Positions 46,205-46,552 of a DNA stretch of 46,552 nt are shown piece after piece. Made by a program: the position numbers and the translations under genes. Positions within the stretch are counted from its first letter, which is position 1; each line of letters starts with the position of its first letter. Source of the DNA: Gammaproteobacteria bacterium (GTDB taxonomy: Bacteria; Pseudomonadota; Gammaproteobacteria; SZUA-229). The stretch is from positions 1-46,552 of the forward strand of contig JAOUPA010000001.1 in NCBI GenBank assembly GCA_029880105.1, read 5' to 3'. The notes under the pieces are model-generated. The model was not told the DNA's origin. It did not search any database and saw only the letters and a program-made list of their open reading frames with translations.

Positions 46205-46552
46205 TTATCCAATTTTTTGATGTATCAGGCGCAAAGTCGGAAAGCCAACAGCTGCAGTCATGCGTCTAACCTGTCGGTTCTTGCCTTCGGATATTTTTAG
46301 CTCAATCCATGAAGTTGGAATATTGTTGCGTTCTCTAATCGGTGACTGGCGTGGCCATAACCATTCAGGTTGGTTGATGATCCTGGTCCTGGCGGGGCGG
46401 GTAATGCCATCCTTGAGTTTGACGCCCTGTTGTAATTGTCTGATGGCGTCATCGGTGAGAATCAGCAGGCCTTCGCTGTCGCGATCGAGACGCCCCGCGG
46501 CGTAAACATTTTTTTCGTTGATGTAGTCGGCAAGTGTGGCACGGCCCTGTTC
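46205..46552 (-). pseudogene. rluE: RluE-type rRNA pseudouridine synthase, 5'-truncated by the window edge and apparently decayed
   Basis: The minus-strand frame open from the window edge reads ...[34 protein letters not shown]...[54 protein letters not shown]. About 29 residues expected after the catalytic-Asp motif are absent. The TAA at 46205-46207 interrupts the conserved C-terminus. Confidence 0.55.

Noticed and set aside
46021-46505. Plus-strand ORFs of 82 aa and 81 aa at the right end.
   Set aside because: The second is antisense to the clearly RluE-like minus-strand frame. The first lies in AT-rich non-coding DNA, gives a Cys-rich implausible translation and has no RBS.

Overview
This is a 46.6-kb, gene-dense chromosomal segment from a moderate-GC gammaproteobacterium. 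Protein sequences and gene order look Vibrio/Pseudomonas/Thiotrichales-like, but the taxon cannot be fixed by eye. The left third is classic core synteny: the tail of a type IV minor-pilin operon (small secreted protein, pilY1, pilE), then ispH-fkpB-lspA-ileS-ribF-murJ on the minus strand, rpsT, proB-obg-rpmA-rplU on the minus strand, ispB, tRNA-Pro(CGG) and gmk-rpoZ-spoT. The middle and right parts mix housekeeping genes (fadD, trxC, a stand-alone EF-G paralogue, msrA, slyD) with less conserved material. That material comprises two tandem MscS-like channels plus a lipoprotein, an unrecognisable acidic/basic gene pair, a Pam18-like membrane J-protein, DUF924, a GNAT and a methyltransferase. 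It also includes a TatT-type (TPR-protein-associated) TRAP transporter, a SpmA/SpmB-like membrane protein, a small outer-membrane beta-barrel, a DUF123/GIY-YIG protein and a CheY-like receiver divergent from a GGDEF cyclase. Further right are a CPA2 antiporter, a tightly packed thioredoxin-fold/YihY/MsrA operon divergent from a thioredoxin-HEAT fusion, yqhA with a coupled small ORF, slyD followed by a minimal SET-domain gene, and a decayed rluE at the right edge. I saw no CRISPR array, IS/transposase, integrase or phage genes. No defence or toxin system of a known type is recognisable. The best candidates for something undescribed are: (1) the orphan acidic/basic pair at 22.9-23.6 kb, with a palindrome-dense spacer and a split reading frame; (2) the periplasmic double-thioredoxin/YihY/MsrA operon at 40.2-44.0 kb; (3) the TatT-TRAP transporter adjacent to fadD; (4) an orphan intrinsic terminator upstream of slyD, which implies an sRNA or attenuator. 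All functional statements are made by eye from translated motifs. No database search was run.
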